Shown here piece after piece: positions 12,134 through 22,561 of a stretch of DNA of 51,793 bases; position 1 is the first letter of the stretch, and each line of letters opens with the position of its first letter. The stretch spans positions 1 to 51,793 of the forward strand of contig MEDY01000207.1 of the NCBI GenBank assembly GCA_001724265.1. Direction: 5' to 3'. The position numbers and the translations under genes are program-made. The notes beneath the pieces are model-generated. The model did not search any database, had not been told where the DNA came from, and saw only the letters and a list, made by a program, of their open reading frames with translations. Source of the DNA: Rhizaria sp. SCN 62-66 (taxonomy: Eukaryota).

Positions 12134-12796
12134 CGCGCAGAAGAGAGCTTGGTGAAGGACTGATGCAGGGGGGTCGGGGGCGCGAGGCGCTGGGATCGTT
12201 GGTGGGCGGAGGAAAGGGACTGTTGGGAAAGGGTAGAAATCACATGTACAGATTGTTTCTTAAGAAATAATTACAAAATACAATATACAATTCACTAAAA
12301 TATCCCGATCTATTGCTATAAATCAATTTAAACGAGTGTGGACGGCGTACATACTGCTTGAGCACTCCCACAACAAGAGGCGCCAAAAGGCTTGAGGCGC
12401 CAACCGAAGTTGAGGTTCAGACTCTAGGAGACCGTGAGCAGAGGTTGGTCTGTCGGCATGGTGCGGTGTAGTGCGGAACAACCTAGTGCGTGTTACCAAT
12501 GAACACAAGCATTGCGTTGGTTATCAATAGAATGTTTTGTGTGTTGTCTTTCCTTGTCTTATTTTGTTGCGCCTCAGCCCTGTGTCCTCCTTTCTCTCTA
12601 GACCACGAAAGTGAGAGGACTGGGACGTTCGTGGTGGCGCAACTTCAGACCCGATATGTTAGGTTTACCAGACACAACACCATCGTATGAGCATGCGCGT
12701 TTCTCGAACTACATATACTCTAAAATAACAATATTAAACTGCAACTCACCAAACCGCTGTCTTGTTGCTGTATTGTCCCGTCTTCAGAAAGCAACA

Positions 12797-14977
12797 ATGT
12801 CCGAGCACAAGGTTGTCGTCGCGACCATCCGCGACTCGCTCTCCACGCTCGTGGCCCTCGAGGTCGCGGTCGCGGCCGGCGTCTCCGCCTCCGTCACTGA
12901 GAGCACCCCGGCCTCCGCCCATGTCGAGACCGTGACCGCCCTGTACGCCGCCGCTGCCGCTGGTTCCGCCGGCAACGCCGCGCTGTCCCTGTCCCCCGCC
13001 GGCGTCCCCGCCGCCGAGGCGTCGTACTTCGCCGCCCTCGCGCTCACGCACCTCATCCCCGCGGGCCGCGTGCTCGACATCCTCGCCGCGCTCAACACGC
13101 ACCTGGAGCTCCGCACCGCGCTGGCCGGCGCCGTCTTCACGGGCCTCGACATCGCCGTCGCCTCCGCCATCCTCACCAACAAGCGCGCCGCCACCGCCGT
13201 CACCGGCGCCGCCGCGGGCGCGACCTACACCAACGTCGTCCGCTGGATCGCTGCGCTCACTGCCCCCGCGACCGCGGCGTGCAGCAACGCCGTCGTGGCC
13301 ATCTCCCGCAAGGCCTTCGCGGCCGCCAACGCGGCGATCGAGGCCAACAACGCGGCCCGCCGCACGGTGCGCGCGCAGCTTTCGGCGCAGGGCTCGTTCG
13401 AGGTCGACCTGCCCGGCGCCGTCGAGGGCAAGGTGGTGACGCGCTTCCCCCCGGAGCCGTCCGGGTACCTGCACATCGGCCACGTCAAGGCGCTGATCCT
13501 GAACCACTACTTCGCGGAGAAGTTCAAGGGCAAGATGCTGCTGCGCTTCGACGACACCAACCCCAGCAAGGAGAAGGACGAGTTCGTGGACAACATCATG
13601 AAGGACCTGCGCACGCTCGGCGTCACCTGGGAGGGCCCCACGTACACGTCCGACCTCATGGAGACCTTCTACGACTACGGCCGCAAGATGATCAAGGAGA
13701 ACACCGCGTACGCCGACAACACTCCCGTGGATAAGATGCGCGAGGAGCGCGCCGAGGGCATCGAGTCCGAGTGCTGCAAGACGCTGAAGCCCGAGCAGAG
13801 CCTCGAGATCTTCGAGCGCATGATCAAGGGCGAGGAGTCCGCTGCGCCGTACGTGATCCGCGCGCGCATGAGCATGGCCGACCCCGTGGGGTGCATGCGT
13901 GACCCGACGCTGTTCCGCACCAACACGACGCCGCACCACCGCCAGGGCACCAAGTACACGTGCTACCCCACCTACGACTTCGCGTGCCCCATCATCGACT
14001 CGCTCGAGGGCGTGACGCACACGCTCCGCACCAACGAGTACCACGACCGCAACGCGCAGTACTTCTGGATCTGCGACGCCTGCGGCATCCGCCGCCCCGC
14101 CATCTGGGACTTCTCCCGTCTTAACTTCCAGTATACGCTGCTGTCGAAGCGCAAGCTGCAGAGCTTCGTGGACCGCGGGCTCGTCGAGGGCTGGTTCGAC
14201 CCCCGTTTCCCCACGCTGCAGGGCATCCTGCGCCGTGGCTTGCTGGTTGAGACGCTCAAGGAGTTCATGATCTCCCAGGGCGCGTCCAAGAACATCAACC
14301 TGATGGAGTGGGAGAAGCTCTGGTCGCTCAACAAAGCCAAGCTCGAGCCCGTGGCGCCGCGCTACAACGCCGTCGACGCCGACACCAAGGTGCGCTTCGA
14401 GCTGAGCGACGTCGCCGCACCCGAGGACGTTGAGACCCCTCTGCACGCCAAGAACCCCGCCGTGGGCGTCAAGAACGTGGTCAAGTCGCCTGTCGTCCTG
14501 ATCGAGGGCAGCGACGCCGCCGTGCTGTCGGTCGGCGAGGAGGTCACGCTGCTATCGTGGGGCAACGCCATCGTCGAGGAGATCGTCAAGGACGCCGCGG
14601 GCAAGATCGTCGCGCTTAAGGGCAAGACCAACGTCGCCGGCAACGTCCGTTCGACCAAGGTCAAGGCGCATTGGGTGGGCTTCCGCGACGAGGCCGAGCT
14701 GGTCCCGCTGAGCCTGGTCGAGTACGGCCACCTCATCAACGTCACCAAGCTCGAGGAGGACCAGTCCGTCGACGACGTCATCAACCACAACTCGAAGCGC
14801 GTCACGGCCGCGCTCGGCGAGGCCGCGCTTAAGGGCCTCAAGGAGAACGACATCATCCAGCTCCAGCGCAAGGGCTTCTACCGCGTCGACCGCGCGCCCA
14901 CGGCGGAGAACCCCAACCAGGAGTACGTCCTCATCCTCATCCCTGACGGCAAGAGCGGCTCCATCAAGACCTGCTAA
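12797..14977 (+). CDS. Cytoplasmic glutamyl-tRNA synthetase with N-terminal GST-like region
   Basis: VVTRFPPEPSGYLHIGH, RFDDTNP, YPTYDFACP, LRTNEY, LLSKRKL, IQLQRKGFY. First ATG at 12797. No ProRS fusion. Confidence 0.96.
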   Translation: MSEHKVVVATIRDSLSTLVALEVAVAAGVSASVTESTPASAHVETVTALYAAAAAGSAGNAALSLSPAGVPAAEASYFAALALTHLIPAGRVLDILAALNTHLELRTALAGAVFTGLDIAVASAILTNKRAATAVTGAAAGATYTNVVRWIAALTAPATAACSNAVVAISRKAFAAANAAIEANNAARRTVRAQLSAQGSFEVDLPGAVEGKVVTRFPPEPSGYLHIGHVKALILNHYFAEKFKGKMLLRFDDTNPSKEKDEFVDNIMKDLRTLGVTWEGPTYTSDLMETFYDYGRKMIKENTAYADNTPVDKMREERAEGIESECCKTLKPEQSLEIFERMIKGEESAAPYVIRARMSMADPVGCMRDPTLFRTNTTPHHRQGTKYTCYPTYDFACPIIDSLEGVTHTLRTNEYHDRNAQYFWICDACGIRRPAIWDFSRLNFQYTLLSKRKLQSFVDRGLVEGWFDPRFPTLQGILRRGLLVETLKEFMISQGASKNINLMEWEKLWSLNKAKLEPVAPRYNAVDADTKVRFELSDVAAPEDVETPLHAKNPAVGVKNVVKSPVVLIEGSDAAVLSVGEEVTLLSWGNAIVEEIVKDAAGKIVALKGKTNVAGNVRSTKVKAHWVGFRDEAELVPLSLVEYGHLINVTKLEEDQSVDDVINHNSKRVTAALGEAALKGLKENDIIQLQRKGFYRVDRAPTAENPNQEYVLILIPDGKSGSIKTC

Positions 14978-15298
14978 GTGGCAGTTGTGCTGTGCGCTGA
15001 TGCGTCAACATTAACAAGGGCGTGAGCTCTCGTTGTGAAGCGATATATGAAACAAAACTTCTTAATTTGAATACATTGCTGCTTTCTTTACTCTGTCATC
15101 ATTGGATTTCACTCCTCAACTGTTATGTTTATGATTCAAGAGAGACCTTTATAAGTCGCAAATTGCGTTTGTGGTTGTGGAATGAAAAAAAGTAGTACGG
15201 CTGGGCGTGGGTGAAGAAGATATTTTCAGTTGAGTGTAGCGTGAGCCAGCATCCGTGTGGACGAGTTTAGCCGAGCTAAATAAGTACTACGTGTTAGC

Positions 15299-17712
15299 AT
15301 GAAGCTGTCTTTCTTTTTACTCTGCGCCCTGGCTGCGCTGAGTCTCGGTGTGATCGTAACTGCAACATCTCTGAAGGAGGCTGCTGCTGCCTCCAGCGCT
15401 GCAAACGCCGCCCGCGTCAAGCAGCAACAGGAGCAACAGCAGCAGCAACCGGACTCGACTTTCTCTGTTAACGCCGACCTTCTCTTTAAGCGCGACCAGC
15501 ACACAGCGTTCCACACCGCGACGGCGCACCGCGACTTCGCCACCCACGCCGAGTTCCTGACGCAGCAGACGGTGCTCTTCTGGCCGCAGCTCGCCGCGCG
15601 CATCGACGCGCACCTCGCCGCCAAGTCGATCCGCGTCGCGCCCGCGCCCTCCGCGGCAAGCAAGCTTGGCGCGACGGGCGTCGCGGGCGTGGAGCCGTTC
15701 ACGTTCGTGGACCTGGGCAGCGGGCCCTGCGCGCTGGGCGCGCTCGTGCTGCAGCGGTACCCCGCACAGGCCACCGTGCAGTGCGTCGACGTCGACCACA
15801 ACCTGCTGCTCAAAGGCGAGCAGCGCTTCCTCCCGTACGCCAACACGCTTGGCGCGGCCGGCGATGTGAGCAGCAAGCAGCGGCTCAACTTCGTGCACGC
15901 CTCGGCCAACAGTACGGGGCTGGACCAGGGCTCGGCGGATATTGTCGTCGCTCAGTTCCTCATCCAGGTACGCAACCACTCGATGAAGCATCAATATAGC
16001 AAGACAACGGGCACACATTCACATATCTTATGCACGCTTTTGAAACTACTTTTTTTTTCTCACTCACAACTGTGCACTTGTGTCTATATATTCACATCTC
16101 TACCATCCTCTTGCCTCCTCCCTTGCGTCTCGCAGCATGTCTACAACCCGCGGTCGGTGGTCGCTGAGGTGACCCGCATTCTCGCTCCTGGCGGCGCATT
16201 CTTTGTCCTCGACTCTGACTAGCACTTGGCCGACGCAGTCCACCCGTCGCCGCCTTCTCTGCAATATGGACAGCAGCTCCATGCTGTGCGCGCAAGGTTC
16301 GTCACCCAATCGTTCACAAAAGCGGAGATATCTCTTTCAGATCGTTTATTATGTCGTCACAACGCGTGTCTCAGCTTAGTAATACCGTGTATTATAGTTT
16401 GGTTGTTAATGTATTCGATCTTATGCTTCGAATCTATTGTTCTCCTTCGCATTTTTGTTCTGTCACCAACAGGCAGCACTTCGCCCAGATCGGTTCCGCC
16501 TCCCTGCTTCCCTGGCTGGGCTCCCTCTGCAAGCACCAGGGCCTTCTCTCCCAGTTCTTCACCCCGGTTACCACCACCAGCGATGACGCCCCCAGTGCGG
16601 CGCTGCAGCAGCTCTGGGACACTGCCCTCCCGCACCAGCAGCTCATCCTCCCGCTCTCCGCCGCCTCCGCAGACTCTGTCGCCGGCGATGGCGACAGCGG
16701 ACTCGCAGACGCGGAGGCCGTGAGCGCGCGCGACCGCTGGCGCGGGCGCTTCCTGACGCTGCTGCACCCGCAGCAGTACTGGGCGCTGACGCGCGAGGGT
16801 GCGGTGAGCCGCGAGGAGCTGCTGCAGGCCATCAAGGTGTACGAGGACTGGGGCCGCAGCGAAGCCGTCGCCGACGAGTTTATCATGCAGTCGTTCGCGC
16901 TCCTGTGGTCCTTCACGAAGCCCGCCGTGGTGGCAAACCGCGCCGCCGCCGCGCGCGAGGAGATCGACGACGACGGCGGCTACCTGCCGGGGTTGGGCGC
17001 GCTCCTTGACTTCGAGCAGAGCATCGAGGAGGGCCGGCTGCGCCAGGAAGCGGCCGACGCGGCCGACGCCGACTCGGCCGACGATCTGTGGGCTGCGCTC
17101 GACCTCCTCAAGTCGCGCGGTAAGGACGGCGACGGCGGCGAGGGCGCGGAGGGCGACAAGGAAGGCGACATGCTCGCCGCGCTGCTCGCGATGATCGGCA
17201 ACGACGGCGTGCTGACCCCGCTCACCGCCAATGCCAACAAGGCGGACAAAGCAAATGGCGACGGCGACGTCAATACTGCGGCCGAGCGGTCGAACGCGGA
17301 GGCCAGCGCCAGCGGCGCTGCTGCTAGTGGCAGCACTCCGGCCCCTGCGAACGTTGAGGAGTTCAAGAAGCGCGTCCTCGACGGGGTTGACGCCATCGAG
17401 GCGCTGACATCGGCCGGAAAGCCTGTTTCGCTCACTGGCGCGCCCACAGGCGCGACCGGCGACGCGGGCAGTACGAAGCCTCGTGCGAAGCGTGCTGCTC
17501 CCGGTGCGATTGGGAGCAGTCGCGGTCGGCTCACTGACGGTGCTGTAGACGCGATGGCGTCGCTCAGCCGGAAGGCCGCTGCGTCGGACGCCGATTTCGA
17601 TGTCGATCTTGATATCGATCTCGGTGACATCTCCGGCGATGATGACGATGACCATGGAGACTATGGTTTTGACAACGATGATGACAGCCACAAGGTCAAG
17701 GATGAGCTGTGA
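15299..17712 (+). CDS. Class I SAM-dependent methyltransferase with signal peptide and C-terminal KDEL; contains in-frame TAG at 16220-16222. Exons 15299-15967, 16136-16296, 16473-17712
   Basis: Signal peptide MKLSFFLLCALAALSLGVIVTA; motif I VDLGSGP, CVDVD, ADIVVAQFLIQH, RILAPGG. The frame continues past the TAG to a phase-2 donor matching the next acceptor. Ends HKVKDEL-TGA. Confidence 0.75.
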
Positions 17713-17981
17713 AAGGGGGGTACATGATGCGTTATGCTCACAAAAATAAGTCACATGAATAAGATTCTCTGGCTGATGGTCAGTCAGACTTTTCACTGGT
17801 CACACTTCGCACTAATCACAAACAGCGTAGTACAATGTAATACAGACGCAGTATTATCAGACAAAACAAAATCTGTGTATACCAAAAATGCCAGAGCAAT
17901 CGTGAAAACGAGGACTACATATAAACGTTTACAGAAACAAATTCAACCTCTCATGCGAATGTGCAAACAATCTCACACCGC

Positions 17982-20900
17982 TTACATCTCGAACGCCAGC
18001 GCGAGGCGCATCATCTTCTCCCTGGTCACGCCCCAAACGGCCGCGCCGGCGTTGTTCTGAAGCACGAACACGGCGGTGTCGTGGCGCGCCGCGTGCACGA
18101 GCGTCGCGGCCGTCTTAGCGTGCTGCAGCCCGTCGTAGTAGGCGTGCTTGCGGGCCGGGATACGCAGCTTGGACCGCAGGAACGGCGACGACGACAGGTG
18201 CTGCCACGCCGGTGAGTGATCGTGTGCGGGCATCACGAACACGAAGGACAGCGGGCCGGGGGACGTCGCGGCGGCCACGGCGGCGGACGCGGCCGCGGTC
18301 GCAGCGGCGGCAGCGGTCTCCTCGGGCGCGGCGGCCGCGAGGCGCTTCTTGGTCAGCGCGACCGGCACGGGGGCGCCTGCGGCAGCGGAGAGGAGCTCCT
18401 CGCAGTGGGCCGCCGCGGCGTACATGTGGTAGTCGTCGAACGGGGGGTTGACTTGGTACGAACCAGACCGCGGCGCAAACTAAATCGAATAAAAACGATA
18501 TAAGAAGGACATTTAAGAATAGACTTCGTGAGGAAAGTGTGATCATATTGTTTTGCGTTATGAGTTGGTGTTTGCCATAAGGAATATCCTTGAATTGAGA
18601 TATATTGAAGCCAAAGTGATTGTTCAACGTACGCGGAAGAAGGAGCCCAGAGAGCCGAAGGGCGCGTCAGTGTCGGGGAACGCGGAGCAATAGCGCGCAA
18701 AGCGGCAGTTGAATGGACTCGCAAATGCTTCCGTAGTGACGCCAAAGTCCTCCTTGAGTGCATCGAAGACCTGGTACGGCAGCGCGGCCTGGTTACCGCC
18801 ACCGGTACTTGTGCCGCCCTGTGAAGAGAAAGAAAGACATAAAATAACACATAAAACAGCAATGTGAGCTATAACTAACTAAAAAAGCAATAAAGATCGT
18901 GTTATATCTTAATTAAATATGCAAACGCCGGAATGTACTTATTTCGTGTTGTTCATACCTGGAGCGACTTGTAGCGGAGCGCGGCGGCGAGCAGGCACTG
19001 CGCGAACTGGTGCGGGAACGGCAGGTGCACGGGCTGCGCCGAGCCGACCTTCCAGCCACCGGAGGGCATCCCGCCCACGGTCTCCGCCGCGGCCGCCGCG
19101 CCGGGGGCCGGGAGTGGGAGGTCGAAGCTGAGCTCCTCGCCGCGCGCCATGGCACCCAGCAGTTGCCGGGTGCTCGACGCTGCCGGCAGCGCGGCCAACA
19201 CCGACGACACGGCCGCGCTGTTGGCGCTCACGCCCGCGCCGCTCGCCGTCGCGTTGCCCGCGGTCGCGCCGTTGAGCGCGGCGGTCACCGCGGCGATGTG
19301 CTTCGACTTGAAGTACAGGTCCTTGGAGGTCTCGAGCGACGCTGGCGCCGGCACCGCGCCCGACGCGGTCTCGCTGGCGACGCCGTAGAAGAGCCAGAAG
19401 AGCTTGATGAAGTGGAAGAGCGTGAGGTCGACCACGAGCGGCGACGGGCGCTGGCCCGCGAAGGGTCCCGGTGGCGGGGGAATGGCGGTGCCCGCGCTTG
19501 CGGCGGCCACGGCGGCGGCCGCCAGCGCCTGGGCAGAGCGCGCCGGGGCGGCCTGCGCGCCCGGGGAGTTGGCCAGGCAGACGCGGATGCGCTTGTGCAG
19601 CAGGGCCTGGGCCAGGAGCGGCCACTTGGACTCCTCTGCGGTGGGCTCAGAGGCCCAGTACTCAAGGACCTACAAACGATGTAGTAGCACAAATGCCATA
19701 GAAACGTAAGATGTACTGAAACAATAACACTGAAATTTCAAAAACAGTCGGGAACATGGGTGTATAATATGCTGAAAGATGCACGTACCGCTACATCACC
19801 GTTGGAAGTGACGAAGGAGCCACCAGTCTTAGAAGCCTCAATAGCAGACGCAGTCCTGCAAGGGTTCCGAGTGACAAAAACAAACAGGTGAAAAATATGT
19901 TAGAAAAGAATGCATGAAGTAAGATGGGGTGAAATCAACGAAGAATCGAGCAATTATTGTTGTGAGCGCGAGTGTGTTTAGTGTCTTGAGTGCGTACCTG
20001 CTCGAAAGCACGCGGCAGACCTCTGCGGCCTCCTGCGGGGTCGCGCCGGCGGCCACGAGCCGGGTGCCAAGCCCGACGTCCGTGGCGACGGCCTCGGTGG
20101 CCGGCAGCAGCGGGTCCGACAGCGCCAGCGAGGGCTGCGTCAGCGGCGCGATGCCAATCGTCGCGCCCGCGGCGGCCATTGCGGCGGCGTTCCGGAGCTT
20201 CTCCTTGGGGTCGCTCGCCTTGGCGGGGACGAGCGCGGCGCCCGCCGTGGCAAGCGCAAACGAGCGCGTCTTGCGCCGCTCCGGGTCCGGCATGCCGCCG
20301 TTGGCGCCGAGCGCGATGGCCCGCCCGTCGCCTTCCACGTCTTCGTCGAACTCGTTCACGCTCTCAACCGCAGCAGCAGAGTCGTCGTCGTCGTCGTCGC
20401 CGTCAGCCCGGGGCGCGGTCTCGGTGACCGTGAGCGCCTTGGCGACGGCGGCGCCCGCGGTCGTGGCGGCGGCCTTGGCGCGGAGCGTCAGGAGCCAGTT
20501 CTCAAACTCGTTGTAGGCGTTGCGGCGGATGAAGCTGTCGGTCTTTTTGCGGAACACCTTGTACAGCTCGTGCACGCCGTTGGCGCGGGCGAGCTCCGAG
20601 AGCACGAGCGCGCGCGGCCCGTTGGCCCATGGCGCCAGCGCGCCGCGCACGCCGCCCGCGGAGGTGAGCACGTCCGAGCTGGGGTCGCGGACCCCGTAGC
20701 CGGCGGCCGAGGACGAGGACGTGGCCGTGGAGGCGGCGCCCGCGGCAGAGGGCACGAAGCGGGCCCAGGGGCCGTGCGTCTCGGCGTGGGTGCGCGCCGA
20801 CTGCTCGCAAACACAGACGCAGACATAGACAAGGATGCAGATGCAGAGACAGAAAGAATAAACAAAGATAATGAGTGATGTGAGTAGAACGGAGATGCTT

Positions 20901-22102
20901 GACAAATTGATTGTGGTGAAATTGCCATTTTGAGAGCGATTTGTTTTGTTTGTGTGCTCACTCAGAGTTTGTTCAACATTTGAGACATCTCGCCGCGGGA
21001 CTGTGCCCGCGGGATTCCCGAATAAAAACTGTCATCACGAGCACGATATTCAAACCACACCGAATATCGTCATTAAATCAACATAATGCAGATCAATGTG
21101 CGCGTTATGCGATGCAAGAATATCCGTCACGCTGCGTACCTGTGCAGGGGTCGTCGCATTGCTCGACGACGACGCAGCCTTGCTCTTACTGCTGTTGTCC
21201 GACGAGCTCGCGACGGCGGTGGCCGGCGCAACGCCGAGCGACGCGAGGATGCTCGACACGGCGGCTGACTTGACCGACGTGCCGCCGGTGCCGCCCGCCG
21301 CGGCCCCGGTGCCCGCGGTGGCGCTGCTGGCGGCCGCGGAGACCGTAGGCGCGAGCTCGGAGGCGCGGAGCAGCGCGGTGGCGGTAGGCGCGGGCACGGG
21401 CAGCGGCCGCATGAGCGCCAGCGCGGCGTCCAGCAGCACGGCCGCGGGCACGCGCCGGTGCGAGCTCGTGGGCGCGGACGCGGGCGCGGGCGCAGCGCCG
21501 CTGGCCTCGTCGTCTTCCTCCTGCTCCTCATGCTCCTGCTCTTGCTCCAACTCTTGCTCCTGGGCGTGAGCGTGCTCGACACCGTCATCTTCGTCGTCGT
21601 CATCAGTACTCGCAGCAGCGGCGTCGGCAGCAGCAGCAGCTGCTGCGGCGGCGGCAGCGAGGGCCTTCTTCTTCTTCTTGGTCAGCGCAAGGGTGCTGCC
21701 GTTCGAGTCCGTGGCGCTGGGAGCTGAACTTGTGCTGGGGTAGTAATAGTTGTCGAAATCGTCGCTGGCGTCGTGTTGTGTCTTGGCCTTCTTCACCTTA
21801 GCCGCAACCATCTCAGTAGCGTCGCTTGCAGGGGCAGCAACAGTCTTAGCAGACGCAGCAGGTGCAGCGGCGACGGGGGCGGCGGGGCGAGGCTTTTTGT
21901 TCTGGAACGATGCCGTCACGGTAGACGACGCAGAAACAGACGAATCCTTCTTCGCGGCAATTCTCGCGTTCTTCCCGGATGCATCACTGCCAGAAGAATG
22001 CTTTTGCGCGGTTTTATTCTGTGAGTGAGCATGTGCAGAGGCATGACGGACCGGGGAAGAGTCGCCCGCACGAGCGCCGGAGGCCGCTGGGCGCTTCGGC
22101 AT
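17982..22102 (-). CDS. PCIF1: Cap-specific adenosine N6-methyltransferase (PCIF1/CAPAM-like), ~1075 aa. Exons 22102-21140, 20800-19998, 19855-19789, 19669-18959, 18818-18633, 18479-17982
   Basis: Spliced product contains LRYKSL, QAALP..VF..L...FGV..EAFASPFNC....YCSAFPDTDAPFGSLGSFF, GSYQVNPPF (catalytic NPPF), PLSFVFVMP, H.YYDGLQH and LQN. All intron phases are consistent. Confidence 0.88.
20954..21044 (-). ncRNA. Candidate intronic box C/D snoRNA
   Basis: Lies in PCIF1 intron 1, sense strand. Box C GTGATGA (21038-21032), box D CTGA (20965-20962), 6-bp terminal stem GTGCTC/GAGCAC, internal CCGCGGG/CCCGCGG hairpin. Confidence 0.7.
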
Positions 22103-22561
22103 GGACTGTGTTTTCTACAAGAGCAATGTGAGGCAAATACATCGTCGAATGTGAGTGCAATAGAAATGACGTTAATTTGGCGTGGATTTCACTGTAATTT
22201 TACTTTTAATATGCCGCGGATGTCGCTCCTCGCATCAATCAACTCTCTTTTGCTTATGGCTGTTCACCTCTCTCGACCTCTCGCGCCGTCCACTCACCCG
22301 CCCCTCGTATATTCCCCACTCCAGTCCCGCCACACTCTCCGTCTAAACAAACGACACGCGGATTGGTGTGTCTCATACCGTATTGATTGCTGGGTAGCTG
22401 GGTATTTGTTCGTGGTACTTCCGCTGTCGGTGTCTTAGCGCAATCAGCCGCGCCGGACCTAGTCCAACGCATCCAGGGCATCTAACCCGTCGAATCTTCC
22501 TCAGATCTTCATCTGATAAGTTTCCCACCGCGCCAAACCGTGTGCACAGCTAGCCTCGTAG

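Noticed and set aside
12134-12460. Upstream ATG exon of POLA1 containing a TAG, as a possible second recoding case
   Set aside because: Splicing to the acceptor at 12220 leaves it out of frame with the POLA1 ATG, and the peptide has no Pol alpha similarity.
20962-21028. Apparent small extra PCIF1 exon (CAG...GTGAGC)
   Set aside because: At 67 nt it would shift the frame, and the 39-nt variant ends in TGA. Direct splicing 21140 to 20800 keeps the frame, and the segment fits a snoRNA better.
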